Source: a virus (Duplodnaviria > Caudoviricetes). From it: a stretch of 56,434 bases of DNA. Shown here in pieces: positions 38,010 to 46,404 of the stretch. The stretch's first letter is position 1; every line of letters starts with the position of its first letter. The notes below the pieces were generated by a model, which saw nothing but the letters and a program-made list of their open reading frames with translations, did not search any database and was not told where the DNA came from. Location of the stretch: positions 1 to 56,434 of the IMG/VR virus record IMGVR_UViG_3300044638_006829; one strand, written 5' to 3'. The position numbers and the translations under genes are program-made.

Positions 38010-38509
38010 TGGCAATTGTCCCTGGTGTAGGCGCAGGTAAAACTCCGGAGGCTGGGGCTCAGTTGAAGTTTCCCCCTGGTTTCATGGGGTATAACCGCGA
38101 GCCCGACTTGAGTCTACGCAGGGTCAGCACGCTGGACGCAGCTACCCGCGTGGCATCTCAGCTTGAGCATGATCGGGGCGTGTATGTCCGCCCACCTGTG
38201 CAGCCTGTAGAGTACGGTGAAGGCAATATCAAAAAAAGCCACTATGTGACTGGTGCTGGGGGTTATAACCAACGCGCCATTCCCGCTCCTGACAGCGCGG
38301 ACGACATGAGCCAAGAGCAGTACATGATGTCTGCTGCTCAGAATGCTCCGGACCAGCGCCTGAGGATGCAGCAGGAGTTGCTTATGACGGCTAAGCAAAA
38401 CTTCCTCAATACCCGCGTGATGCCTACTGATTACGCGGCTAGCAGCCACAACATGATGGATAACCTAATGTCGTTAGCCAAAACCAAAAAAGCCGGGGGC
38501 CTCGCGTGA
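38009..38509 (+). CDS. hypothetical protein
   Basis: TAATG coupling; M/Q-rich. Confidence 0.55.
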   Translation: MAIVPGVGAGKTPEAGAQLKFPPGFMGYNREPDLSLRRVSTLDAATRVASQLEHDRGVYVRPPVQPVEYGEGNIKKSHYVTGAGGYNQRAIPAPDSADDMSQEQYMMSAAQNAPDQRLRMQQELLMTAKQNFLNTRVMPTDYAASSHNMMDNLMSLAKTKKAGGLA

Positions 38510-38640
38510 TGCAAGGGAACGATTTTCCTATTCGTTTAGCTGGGCAGCGCCTCAATCTTGAGGCTACCCGTTTGACTGGGCTGACGCCTTCCGACATTAC
38601 GCGGCGTCTCCGTTATCAGGAAGCTTTCCCCAGCACCTGA
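38509..38640 (+). CDS. 43-aa hypothetical peptide (not in ORF track)
   Basis: TGATG coupling; MQGNDFPIRLAGQRLNLE...FPST*; ends just before the terminator. Confidence 0.55.
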   Translation: MQGNDFPIRLAGQRLNLEATRLTGLTPSDITRRLRYQEAFPST

Positions 38641-38653
38641 ACCTAGATAAGCG

Positions 38654-38681
38654 AAAGCCGGGGTTTATGGCCCCGGCTCTT
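38654..38681. terminator. bidirectional terminator at the late/early convergence
   Basis: agccgggg / ccccggct stem between convergent operons. Confidence 0.7.
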
Positions 38682-38705
38682 ATTCGCCTTACGCGCGTTC
38701 TTTTA

Positions 38706-39308
38706 TCATAACAGTTTTTCCCAGGGATCCGTGCCATCCTCCGGATTTTCTTTTTGTGCGATTCGGGGAGCTGGCGCAGAGGGCATCGATTGCATTTTTG
38801 TAAGCATCGTTTGCAGCATGAGCAGTTGCTGCTTCAGCTGAGCATTCTCTACGGCAAAACCTTCGGCTTGCTGCTGTGCCCACGCTGTAGCGTTAGCTGT
38901 CAGCTGATCTAGAACACTCTCCGGGTGCGGAAAGCGGTAGAACACCCCAGTCTCCGTGGGAATTTGCTGGCCGCCTTGACTCTGAGCAAGCTTGGATAAG
39001 AAAGCGTTTATTCGTTCAATATCGACCTCGGTTTCAAAAGCCAGTTCCTCTGGCACAACGATTCCTCGGTTGTTCTTGTAGATGTTTGTAAAACACTTAG
39101 CTACTCTCATTCCCTCTAGCGCTTTCTTTTCGCGCTTCCGTGCTGCTTCGGATGCAGCTGCGGCTCCTGCCAGCAGACCACCAGAAGCCGCAACAGCAGT
39201 AGGAAGTTCCTTAGGGCCCAGGGCCGCTACGGTCAGAGTCAGCACACTACCAAAAACTACAATTCCGCTATACAGAAGTTTCATTGGGGAGTTTGTCATG
39301 AGTTTCAA
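38706..39308 (-). CDS. membrane protein with a coiled coil
   Basis: Two N-terminal hydrophobic segments; ENAQLKQQL coil. Confidence 0.6.
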   Translation of the reverse strand: MKLMTNSPMKLLYSGIVVFGSVLTLTVAALGPKELPTAVAASGGLLAGAAAASEAARKREKKALEGMRVAKCFTNIYKNNRGIVVPEELAFETEVDIERINAFLSKLAQSQGGQQIPTETGVFYRFPHPESVLDQLTANATAWAQQQAEGFAVENAQLKQQLLMLQTMLTKMQSMPSAPAPRIAQKENPEDGTDPWEKLL

Positions 39309-42042
39309 AAGCTGGTTTCCAGACAGATGTATCAGGGTTTGAGGCCCACTCCACTGGCGAGGGAAGCCGGTTATCGCCGGCCGCCGCTCGATCTGTGGAG
39401 GGGTCGTACGGCTTCAATCGTAGTCCGGTGAATACGGCTTTGCCATTGAGGAATTTAGGCCCCACACCCTCCACTCTCAGTACGTTGCGGACGGTTTCTT
39501 TGAGACGGTCGATGAACCGAGGCTTAGCCGAGTGCTTGTATCCGTTGGACTTGCAGAAGTTAACGTAACTGGCATACAGCTCACCATATGCGTTTTTAAC
39601 AAACATCCCTCGCTCCGCTTCATCTGTGTTCGGACGGAACGCGCCACTTCCGATCAACGCGTGGCTATTAGGTGCATACATCGTGCATTCAGCCAACCAC
39701 GCAACATACGGGTTGTTGAAGATTAGAGCTTCGAGGTTCGTCGCGTTCAGGGACGGAACGTGCTTGACGGGGTTTGCCAGAACATCACGCATCTCGTCAA
39801 ATGGCATCTCCAACGCCCAGGACACCACACCGCTAAGTTCTGGCACAAGGTCGCCTTCCAGACGATCTTGGTAGATGTTCAGTAGGTCCCGCCGCTGAGA
39901 TGGTGGCACAACCTTATCCATGATGATTGTCAGACGCCGCCTCTCCAGACCGCTGCTGATGTCGGAGGAGCTGATGTGCTCGTTAGATGCGATGCAGACC
40001 AGAGCTTCGGGTTTGAAGTTAATGACTTCCTTGCCGTACTTACGCTCTGCTCGCAGCGTGTCTGAAGCTGATGTAATTTTCTTCAGAACGTCCAGTCGTT
40101 TGTTGAAGTTAGCTTCGTCTGTCAGCAACAGCAATCGCTTGCCGATCAAGTTGTAGCATTCAAACTTGTTTGTCTCGATTGTCTCTAGGTTGCTGGTGTG
40201 CGTGCCTGAGAATCCAGCGAGCGCAATCAACAACTGCTGCATCGTCGATTTGCCTGTACCACCAGGGCCCACAAGGTGTAGGAACCTTTCTCCTGTTGTG
40301 TAGCCCGTGAGGAGAGCGCGGCAGAATGCCCGGATTACGATCTTTTTATCTGCGCCTACACAGGAATCCAACCACGCGTGGAAGTTAGGGCAAGCAGCTG
40401 ACTTGTCGTAAGGGAAAGCAAGCTTGCTACGCAGAAACAAATCTTTCTGGTTGCCATCTGTGAATTCCAGAGTTTCTCCGTCAAGAACCCCGTTCTTGAA
40501 GGGAATGCTTCCACGACCGCAGCTCCAGATTGAGGTGCGTCCGCCGTGTACAGATTTAAGGAGCTTACCTTTCAGCAGCTGGAACACGGATCCGACTGTT
40601 GCTGCGCTGTAACGCGGCATCACACCAGCGGATACAAACGTATCCAGAGTTTTTATGATCCTGCGTTTGATGTGTTGCTCATCTTGAACGTACCAAATTC
40701 CTTCATCCTCGTCGTAGGTGAAGAACTCATCTAACGACGAATCAAACAGAAATTCACTTCCGTAGTTATTTACAATGATGTCTGCGACATCGTTTTCGGA
40801 AAACTGCCTGTTGCCTTGCTGCAGTTGGACTAGCTGTGCCGGTGTGGCAGGCGTGGGAGTCATCGGGGGCGAAGGTGTTGATGTTGATGTTGATGTTTGG
40901 ATGATGGGCGGATTCTCTGGTTCCAGAGACAGCTCATCGAAACTCAGAACCGAATTAACGGGTTTGGGCTTTTTTGCGGCGATTTCGGCTTTCACCTGAT
41001 CGGGGCAGTGCTCGGCAAACGTTTCGCGGTGCGTACCCCGGACTCGTTTCCAAGCAGCCAGCTCTCCGTCCTCAGACGCCATAACCACAGCGGGTTGCAG
41101 CGTTTCGGGGTCGGTGATGCTGTTCAGGATGCGGAAGAATTTCCCATCGAGGCTCGGGCTGTATTCGTAGACATTCTCGAACACACGGTGTGCGGTTGTC
41201 AAGGGGGGTTCCTGAGTCGCCAGCCCCACGCCGTTTAGCCAGTTGCTCCACCCGATGATTTCCTTGAGCGCAATCGCCAGGGCAAAGGAGCGGTCTTCTA
41301 CCTCCTCCCCGTCCAGCATCGACCGCACCGTGGCACTGACCAGGCGCTCTAGATCAACCCCTTCAGGCGCCACACGGGTTTCGAGACAGCGATCAGCGTC
41401 CCGAGTCGCCTCTTCTGGTTTTGGTAAAGCTAAATAAACAGCATACGCTTCGTCGATTTTCTCGGCAGGTATATAGTTATCGCTGACGAATATCAGACTC
41501 TCAATCCCTTTACCGCCGTAGAACAGGTTTACGGCCTGCGTAGCTCTTCGGTCAGAACCGGGGATCTGGTTTGCAATTGACCGGGTAAACCACTGGTAGA
41601 AACCGGGATCGACAATCGGTTTTTCCAAACCGAAGACCAGCCGAAAGCGCGGCCAGGATACGGTGTGAGAAGGTGATAGGTAAGCAAGGCTGAGATACTT
41701 AGAACAGATATCTAAGCCAATAGCCTGAGGAATGTTTAGTTCCTGCTTTTGAATTTTGTTTCCGTCTTTATCTTTACCGTCCGCCTGGTTATCTATGTCG
41801 ATGATGATGAGACCGGCTTTGATTGCGCCAGTACACCCATCTCTACGTCGTCCCTCGACCAGATGCCACGCGCACAAACCAGCCTGCTGCGTGGTTACTG
41901 AATCAGCCAGGAAATCAATGTCTTTGTGTTGAGGAAGCCAGTTGTTGTTAAATGCTGAGAAGTTGCCGCCTGCTGGAATCTTGCCTGTCGCAGGGTTGAC
42001 GTGCTCGGAGACTACCTGATTAAGCGAAAAGAAAAAGTCCAT
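39268..42042 (-). CDS. DNA primase / SF3 (P4-D5-like) helicase
   Basis: IIDID and SPSH...PRFRLVF (primase-polymerase-like); IPFKNGVLD; Walker A GPGGTGKST; LTDE; ASN; ATG at 42042 or 42063. Confidence 0.9.
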   Translation of the reverse strand: MDFFFSLNQVVSEHVNPATGKIPAGGNFSAFNNNWLPQHKDIDFLADSVTTQQAGLCAWHLVEGRRRDGCTGAIKAGLIIIDIDNQADGKDKDGNKIQKQELNIPQAIGLDICSKYLSLAYLSPSHTVSWPRFRLVFGLEKPIVDPGFYQWFTRSIANQIPGSDRRATQAVNLFYGGKGIESLIFVSDNYIPAEKIDEAYAVYLALPKPEEATRDADRCLETRVAPEGVDLERLVSATVRSMLDGEEVEDRSFALAIALKEIIGWSNWLNGVGLATQEPPLTTAHRVFENVYEYSPSLDGKFFRILNSITDPETLQPAVVMASEDGELAAWKRVRGTHRETFAEHCPDQVKAEIAAKKPKPVNSVLSFDELSLEPENPPIIQTSTSTSTPSPPMTPTPATPAQLVQLQQGNRQFSENDVADIIVNNYGSEFLFDSSLDEFFTYDEDEGIWYVQDEQHIKRRIIKTLDTFVSAGVMPRYSAATVGSVFQLLKGKLLKSVHGGRTSIWSCGRGSIPFKNGVLDGETLEFTDGNQKDLFLRSKLAFPYDKSAACPNFHAWLDSCVGADKKIVIRAFCRALLTGYTTGERFLHLVGPGGTGKSTMQQLLIALAGFSGTHTSNLETIETNKFECYNLIGKRLLLLTDEANFNKRLDVLKKITSASDTLRAERKYGKEVINFKPEALVCIASNEHISSSDISSGLERRRLTIIMDKVVPPSQRRDLLNIYQDRLEGDLVPELSGVVSWALEMPFDEMRDVLANPVKHVPSLNATNLEALIFNNPYVAWLAECTMYAPNSHALIGSGAFRPNTDEAERGMFVKNAYGELYASYVNFCKSNGYKHSAKPRFIDRLKETVRNVLRVEGVGPKFLNGKAVFTGLRLKPYDPSTDRAAAGDNRLPSPVEWASNPDTSVWKPAFETHDKLPNETSV

Positions 42043-42124
42043 AGCCTCCAAGCGTTCGGTCATTCTGCCACGAAAACCGTTGCGCGGCAGGGAAAGAGCC
42101 CCTTAAGAACAGCAACTACAACCT

Positions 42125-42895
42125 CTACAGTTTTTCGTAAAACTGTCGTAGTACTTGCGTCCACTGTTCCATATGTTTCTCCAACTGTGCTCGACTAAAT
42201 GTAAAAATTTGAACGGGGTATTCGGGCAAAGGTGTCGACACAATGATCTGTGTTTTGTCGATGTTTATGTTTAAACACCGCTCAGCCGCTAATGAATACG
42301 CAGCAAGTTGGAGCTGAGTTTTCTTTAGCTTGAATACACCGCTTGTTAATGCCTTTCGGATGTTTTCCGGCAGGTTATCTTTGGCTTTCGGGAAGTTTGC
42401 TGAGTATGGACCCACACTGGTTTTAAAGTCCCCTAGGATTGTTTCTCCGTTCTTATCTCTATAGATAACGTCACAGCATCCTGCGTATCCGTGACCGGTG
42501 TTTTCGTCGTAATAATGAATTCTGCCTACGCCGTCTTCCCCGACGTACTTAGACCACTGAGGTTGGTTGTATGGTTTCTCGCTCCACAGGATCTTACCTC
42601 CCTCAAATAATTCATCTAACTTTGTCGGCATCCCAGTCCAGTACGGCATAAGTTCATCGGGGGGATGAACATCGATGCCGCGTATGTAATTCTCTACAGC
42701 GTTGTGAATCCAACTACCCCTCTCTGCAGCTTTATCCGCTACACCGGGGTTCATTAGATTCCAATGTGCAAGTTTTTTCCTAGTCTCTTCCGTCTGCGTG
42801 GCAGATAAGACACTCGTTACTGACGGAAGAGGTTTAGGAACACCAGCGCAGTTGTAGTGCCTGAGGCCGTTTAGAGTAAGGCGTGTTTGGGACAC
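42125..42895 (-). CDS. PD-(D/E)XK exonuclease
   Basis: LPSVTSVL, RG..IH..VE, YAG..D...DFKTS, QLAAY. Confidence 0.85.
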   Translation of the reverse strand: MSQTRLTLNGLRHYNCAGVPKPLPSVTSVLSATQTEETRKKLAHWNLMNPGVADKAAERGSWIHNAVENYIRGIDVHPPDELMPYWTGMPTKLDELFEGGKILWSEKPYNQPQWSKYVGEDGVGRIHYYDENTGHGYAGCCDVIYRDKNGETILGDFKTSVGPYSANFPKAKDNLPENIRKALTSGVFKLKKTQLQLAAYSLAAERCLNINIDKTQIIVSTPLPEYPVQIFTFSRAQLEKHMEQWTQVLRQFYEKL

Positions 42896-42933
42896 ATTTT
42901 TGTGTCAATTAGCCTTCAGTTTACTCGTCTTTA

Positions 42934-43299
42934 CTAGAAAGCCATTTGAAAAGTAGGAGGCAATCCTCCGTTATCCTCGTCATCGTCTTCATCATCTTCT
43001 TCCATGTCCTCCTCACCATCTTCTGAGTCGATAAAGAATTCGGATTTTTGATACGAAAATTCCCGGCTTCGCTCACTCAGTTCTTCGGCGAGGCATAGAC
43101 CTGCGCAATAAGATTCGGTAACAATCTCCGCGCACTCTGAGGCAGCTCGTGCAACGCCTTCGGGTGAGACGCATTCCTGGAGGAGTTGGTTAGAGACCAG
43201 GAGAGCAGCGACTTTTTCGAGAAGAACGTTTGTGGCGGCAAGTTGATCCAGTACATCGCGCTGAAACTTGTCGAACTTTTGCTGGCGTGTGAAAGTCAT
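42934..43299 (-). CDS. hypothetical protein with an acidic tail
   Basis: ATGA coupling; D/E-rich C-terminus. Confidence 0.6.
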   Translation of the reverse strand: MTFTRQQKFDKFQRDVLDQLAATNVLLEKVAALLVSNQLLQECVSPEGVARAASECAEIVTESYCAGLCLAEELSERSREFSYQKSEFFIDSEDGEEDMEEDDEDDDEDNGGLPPTFQMAF

Positions 43300-43838
43300 T
43301 CGAGTGGAGGCAGCGGATCAACTCGGTCCCAATCGAGACCGTAGGTAATTTGGGTCCCATCGTGCCACAGCTCGGGTTTCTGGAAGACAAACCAGCAGCT
43401 GGTTACGGAATCTCGGGTCGAGCCGATGGTCCGAAACTTAGGCCGGGGATTAAGCACAATCATATTGCTGATCTTGTTGGCTAGCAGGAAGCTTTTACGC
43501 TTGGCTACCGGCTCGATAAACGAGAGTCGATCAAGTACAGCTATGCCTTGTGTCGCAACCTGAATGCCGTATTCAAGTATATACTCTGTATAGTCTCCTA
43601 AACCTGTTGTAGCCGCCACAACCCAATCAAACTTTTTATCTTTCTGTCCGACCCACCACACTGGGTCCACAACGTTTGCTTCGTCCTTGTTTTCCGTAAC
43701 GTTGAATCGATGCTTTCGAAGCTGATCACTCAGGACCGATAGCGGATCGTAAGGGACCAGAATAGATCCAGTAATGAATGAGTGCTTAACAAGGGCGTGT
43801 GTGACGCCGTTTGGAATTTTATAAAATGTGTCGGTCAT
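43296..43838 (-). CDS. DNA methyltransferase-like protein with degenerate motifs
   Basis: FY.IP, DWVV.., GIAVL.RLSFIEP..R..FL...IVL.PRP.F....DSVT..WFVF; NPPF position reads ATTG and FxGxG is absent. Confidence 0.7.
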   Translation of the reverse strand: MTDTFYKIPNGVTHALVKHSFITGSILVPYDPLSVLSDQLRKHRFNVTENKDEANVVDPVWWVGQKDKKFDWVVAATTGLGDYTEYILEYGIQVATQGIAVLDRLSFIEPVAKRKSFLLANKISNMIVLNPRPKFRTIGSTRDSVTSCWFVFQKPELWHDGTQITYGLDWDRVDPLPPLE

Positions 43839-43932
43839 GAGATCGCCAGGCCAAGGCTGTCAAAGTTTAACCAAAAATTTCGATGAGCCAACCAATCTCT
43901 GCTTAATATGACATGGGTGCATTCTGTAGATT

Positions 43933-44184
43933 ATGTTAAATCTGGAATGGGTCAGTACGGAGCAGGAGTTCACGCACAAGCAGGCCGTGGAAGCCTTCTC
44001 CAAGATGAACCGCGACCAGATGTGTAAGATTTTTTCGGATGTCTTTCAGCAGTACCAAATCAAAAGCAATTTGTTTGACAAGCTTTCGATTTGGTGCGCT
44101 CGTAACAACGTCATCCTTCCTGGTTTTGAAGAGTTGTTGTCCGTAGGCAAAACCGTAATTCATCCGACAGAACTTGAGAAGTGA
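43933..44184 (+). CDS. nblA: NblA-like phycobilisome degradation protein
   Basis: S.EQEF.......KM.RDQ........Q..IK.NLF..L matches the NblA consensus; stand-alone gene on the opposite strand. Confidence 0.55.
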   Translation: MLNLEWVSTEQEFTHKQAVEAFSKMNRDQMCKIFSDVFQQYQIKSNLFDKLSIWCARNNVILPGFEELLSVGKTVIHPTELEK

Positions 44185-44185
44185 C

Positions 44186-44211
44186 AAAAAAAGAGCGGTT
44201 TGACCCGCTCT
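44186..44211 (-). terminator. Rho-independent terminator
   Basis: A7 followed by agagcgg / ccgctct stem. Confidence 0.75.
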
Positions 44212-44237
44212 CACCTTGGCTACCCCTAAACCTTAGC

Positions 44238-45053
44238 TTAGAAGTCGATGCCCAGGGTTTTTGCTTGCTCGGCAGTCAGCTCCACAGCTTTTTTACTCTT
44301 GGGGTCGGGGGGTTCGGTAGCTGCCGCAGGTTCTGCTTCTGCTGACTTGAGAACTTTTGGAGTTGAGGTAGAACCAAAAGTCCGCTCAGGAGGGTTACCG
44401 CGTTGCTCTGCAAAGAGCGCTTTGATTTCCGCGTGGTCTGAACCGAGTGGAAGCTCCACCAAATCAGACCCAGGAATGTGAGACTTGAGTGCTGAGGCGC
44501 ACAAGTTACCTCCCTTAGCGGTCAGCCAGCTGTTGATGTCTTCGATGAGCTTGTGTTCCTCATCATTTGCCGTCGGGCGATCCGCAAACTCCAGTGCGTT
44601 GAAGTTGATCTTGGCACCGTCGGCACCGGTCAGAGGATCGCGTTCGTTGAAACTGCGAGTCACAAACTTGGTTGTTGTGATTACGGATGCACAGTTAATC
44701 CGGTTGTTGTACAGCGTCTGGAAGTAACTAATGAAGTTCTTCTGCGACGACTTACCTGAAATCATCGAGGTAGTGACACACCGTGGGGGGAGTAGTCGAT
44801 GATTAGGACTCACACCAATGTACGCAATGCGCAGGAATTCTTCCTGGTTTCGCATACCTAAATTGCCGAAGAAGGGTGTGAAGCCCACTAAGACAAATTC
44901 AATCGGAATCCCGTTGTCGTTTCGATCGACGATCGCGGAGTCGGGATCTACGTCTGATTTCCAGCGGCGAGCCTGTAGATCAATGCGCAGTGTGTGAGGC
45001 GGGACGTTACAGAGGATTTCGTCTTGTGAAAACTGGCCAGCAATAAACACCAT
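44238..45053 (-). CDS. hypothetical replication/recombination protein
   Basis: 271 aa next to the SSB; charged tail ending GIDF. Confidence 0.55.
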   Translation of the reverse strand: MVFIAGQFSQDEILCNVPPHTLRIDLQARRWKSDVDPDSAIVDRNDNGIPIEFVLVGFTPFFGNLGMRNQEEFLRIAYIGVSPNHRLLPPRCVTTSMISGKSSQKNFISYFQTLYNNRINCASVITTTKFVTRSFNERDPLTGADGAKINFNALEFADRPTANDEEHKLIEDINSWLTAKGGNLCASALKSHIPGSDLVELPLGSDHAEIKALFAEQRGNPPERTFGSTSTPKVLKSAEAEPAAATEPPDPKSKKAVELTAEQAKTLGIDF

Positions 45054-45067
45054 GGATCTGTACCTAA

Positions 45068-45712
45068 TCAGAGGGAGAAATCAATCGAACCGATAGCGGC
45101 AGCGGCTACCTTTCCTTTTTCAGGATCGACAGCCTTCTTAGGAGTTGTTTTGGTGGACTTAGGAAGATAGAGAATTTTGTCGACTGTGTAGTTGAGATAG
45201 TTCTTTTCGTCTTTCTCGCTAGTGGAAACTTTGCCTACTGCGATAGTCGGAGTTCCTGGTGCGAGTTCCGAAAGCTGTTTAGACAGCTCGCCCCAGGCAG
45301 TGAGTTTGAACCACGCGGTTTCGCTATCTTCCGCCTGCCAAGCAAGTGAACGATTTGTAACCGTAGTGTCGCTTAGCTCAACTTCATCTGCCTTCGGACC
45401 CAGGCCCCCCGTGGCCATAAAGACGTTGATGGCCAACAGATCGCTGAAGTTGTCTTCAGTGACAACCAACATGGGTTGCATTTTCAGCACTCCGTCGATT
45501 GTCGGTTTTGTGGGCCCGATAGCAAGAATGGTTTGTCCTTCCTTCAGTTCCTTAAGCAGCTTGCCTACGTAGTGTGAAGCTTGCTGAAGCAACTGAAATT
45601 TAGTTTCAACTCGTTTGTCGTTAGAAGGCAAGCTTTCCGCCAGCACATTCACAAGTCCTTCATCTTCCTGCGCGGTTGCAGTTACTCGCAGACCCATCAG
45701 AAATAGATTCAT
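45068..45712 (-). CDS. ssb: single-stranded DNA-binding protein (probable tandem OB folds)
   Basis: SLAW......TAWFKLTAWG.LS..L..L..G......GK OB signature; tail ends IDFSL. Confidence 0.65.
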   Translation of the reverse strand: MNLFLMGLRVTATAQEDEGLVNVLAESLPSNDKRVETKFQLLQQASHYVGKLLKELKEGQTILAIGPTKPTIDGVLKMQPMLVVTEDNFSDLLAINVFMATGGLGPKADEVELSDTTVTNRSLAWQAEDSETAWFKLTAWGELSKQLSELAPGTPTIAVGKVSTSEKDEKNYLNYTVDKILYLPKSTKTTPKKAVDPEKGKVAAAAIGSIDFSL

Positions 45713-46271
45713 TGCTCAGTTTTCGGTAAATGGTTGAACGGTGAACGTTAAGTGCTTTGGCAATCTGAGTGACCTCGACGCCTTGGCGTCGGTAGGCTAG
45801 CAGGAGTTTCAGGTCGCCGCCAGAGATTTTTTCTCTTTTTTCTTTAGCGTACGCAAAATGATACGGATTTATACAGCTCTTACAATTACAGCTGGGCTTG
45901 GCGATCTGGCCGTCTTTCGGGATGTCTAGATATTTAAGTATTAGATTTCGAATGTAGTGCCGAGAACCGAGGGCGTAACTACACGGAACCCCATTTGTAA
46001 ACTGTGCAGACCAGGGAGCACAGATAGCATGTGTGTAGTTATTCGTAGCTAAGTTTTCGAACAGCTCAGATAATGCAGTTATCTTACATGCGCCATAACC
46101 TAAATTATATGACTCTGCGTTCAAGGCCCTGGCGATATCCGTAGCCTGAGCCTGAGCGTGGCCGCTGTCGTTTGCTCTTAATGCTATCTTTAGTCGTTTT
46201 TTATCTTTATGTAATTCGAGTATGTACTGATCAATAGATGTCGTTTGGTCGGAATTTGAAATCATCTTCAA
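45660..46271 (-). CDS. His-Cys-box/HNH_3-like protein lacking the catalytic His, with C-terminal HTH
   Basis: C.PW.....NG.P...IP......KPSCNCKSCINPYH; G..VTQIAKALNVHRSTIYRKL. Confidence 0.7.
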   Translation of the reverse strand: MKMISNSDQTTSIDQYILELHKDKKRLKIALRANDSGHAQAQATDIARALNAESYNLGYGACKITALSELFENLATNNYTHAICAPWSAQFTNGVPCSYALGSRHYIRNLILKYLDIPKDGQIAKPSCNCKSCINPYHFAYAKEKREKISGGDLKLLLAYRRQGVEVTQIAKALNVHRSTIYRKLSNESISDGSASNCNRAGR

Positions 46272-46404
46272 ATGATACGGGCAGCTTTGGTGCTGGTTTC
46301 TTGTTCGAGGATAAGTGTAGAGCCGCTTTGATCAGCTCTATTGTTTGTTTTGCTTTATTTGTTTTATGTGTCACGGTGTTTGTTTAACCGGCAATTAGAT
46401 ACTA

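Noticed and set aside
42125-42895. Cas4 or CRISPR association
   Set aside because: No Fe-S cysteine pattern and no repeat-spacer array seen; an ordinary phage PD-(D/E)XK nuclease.
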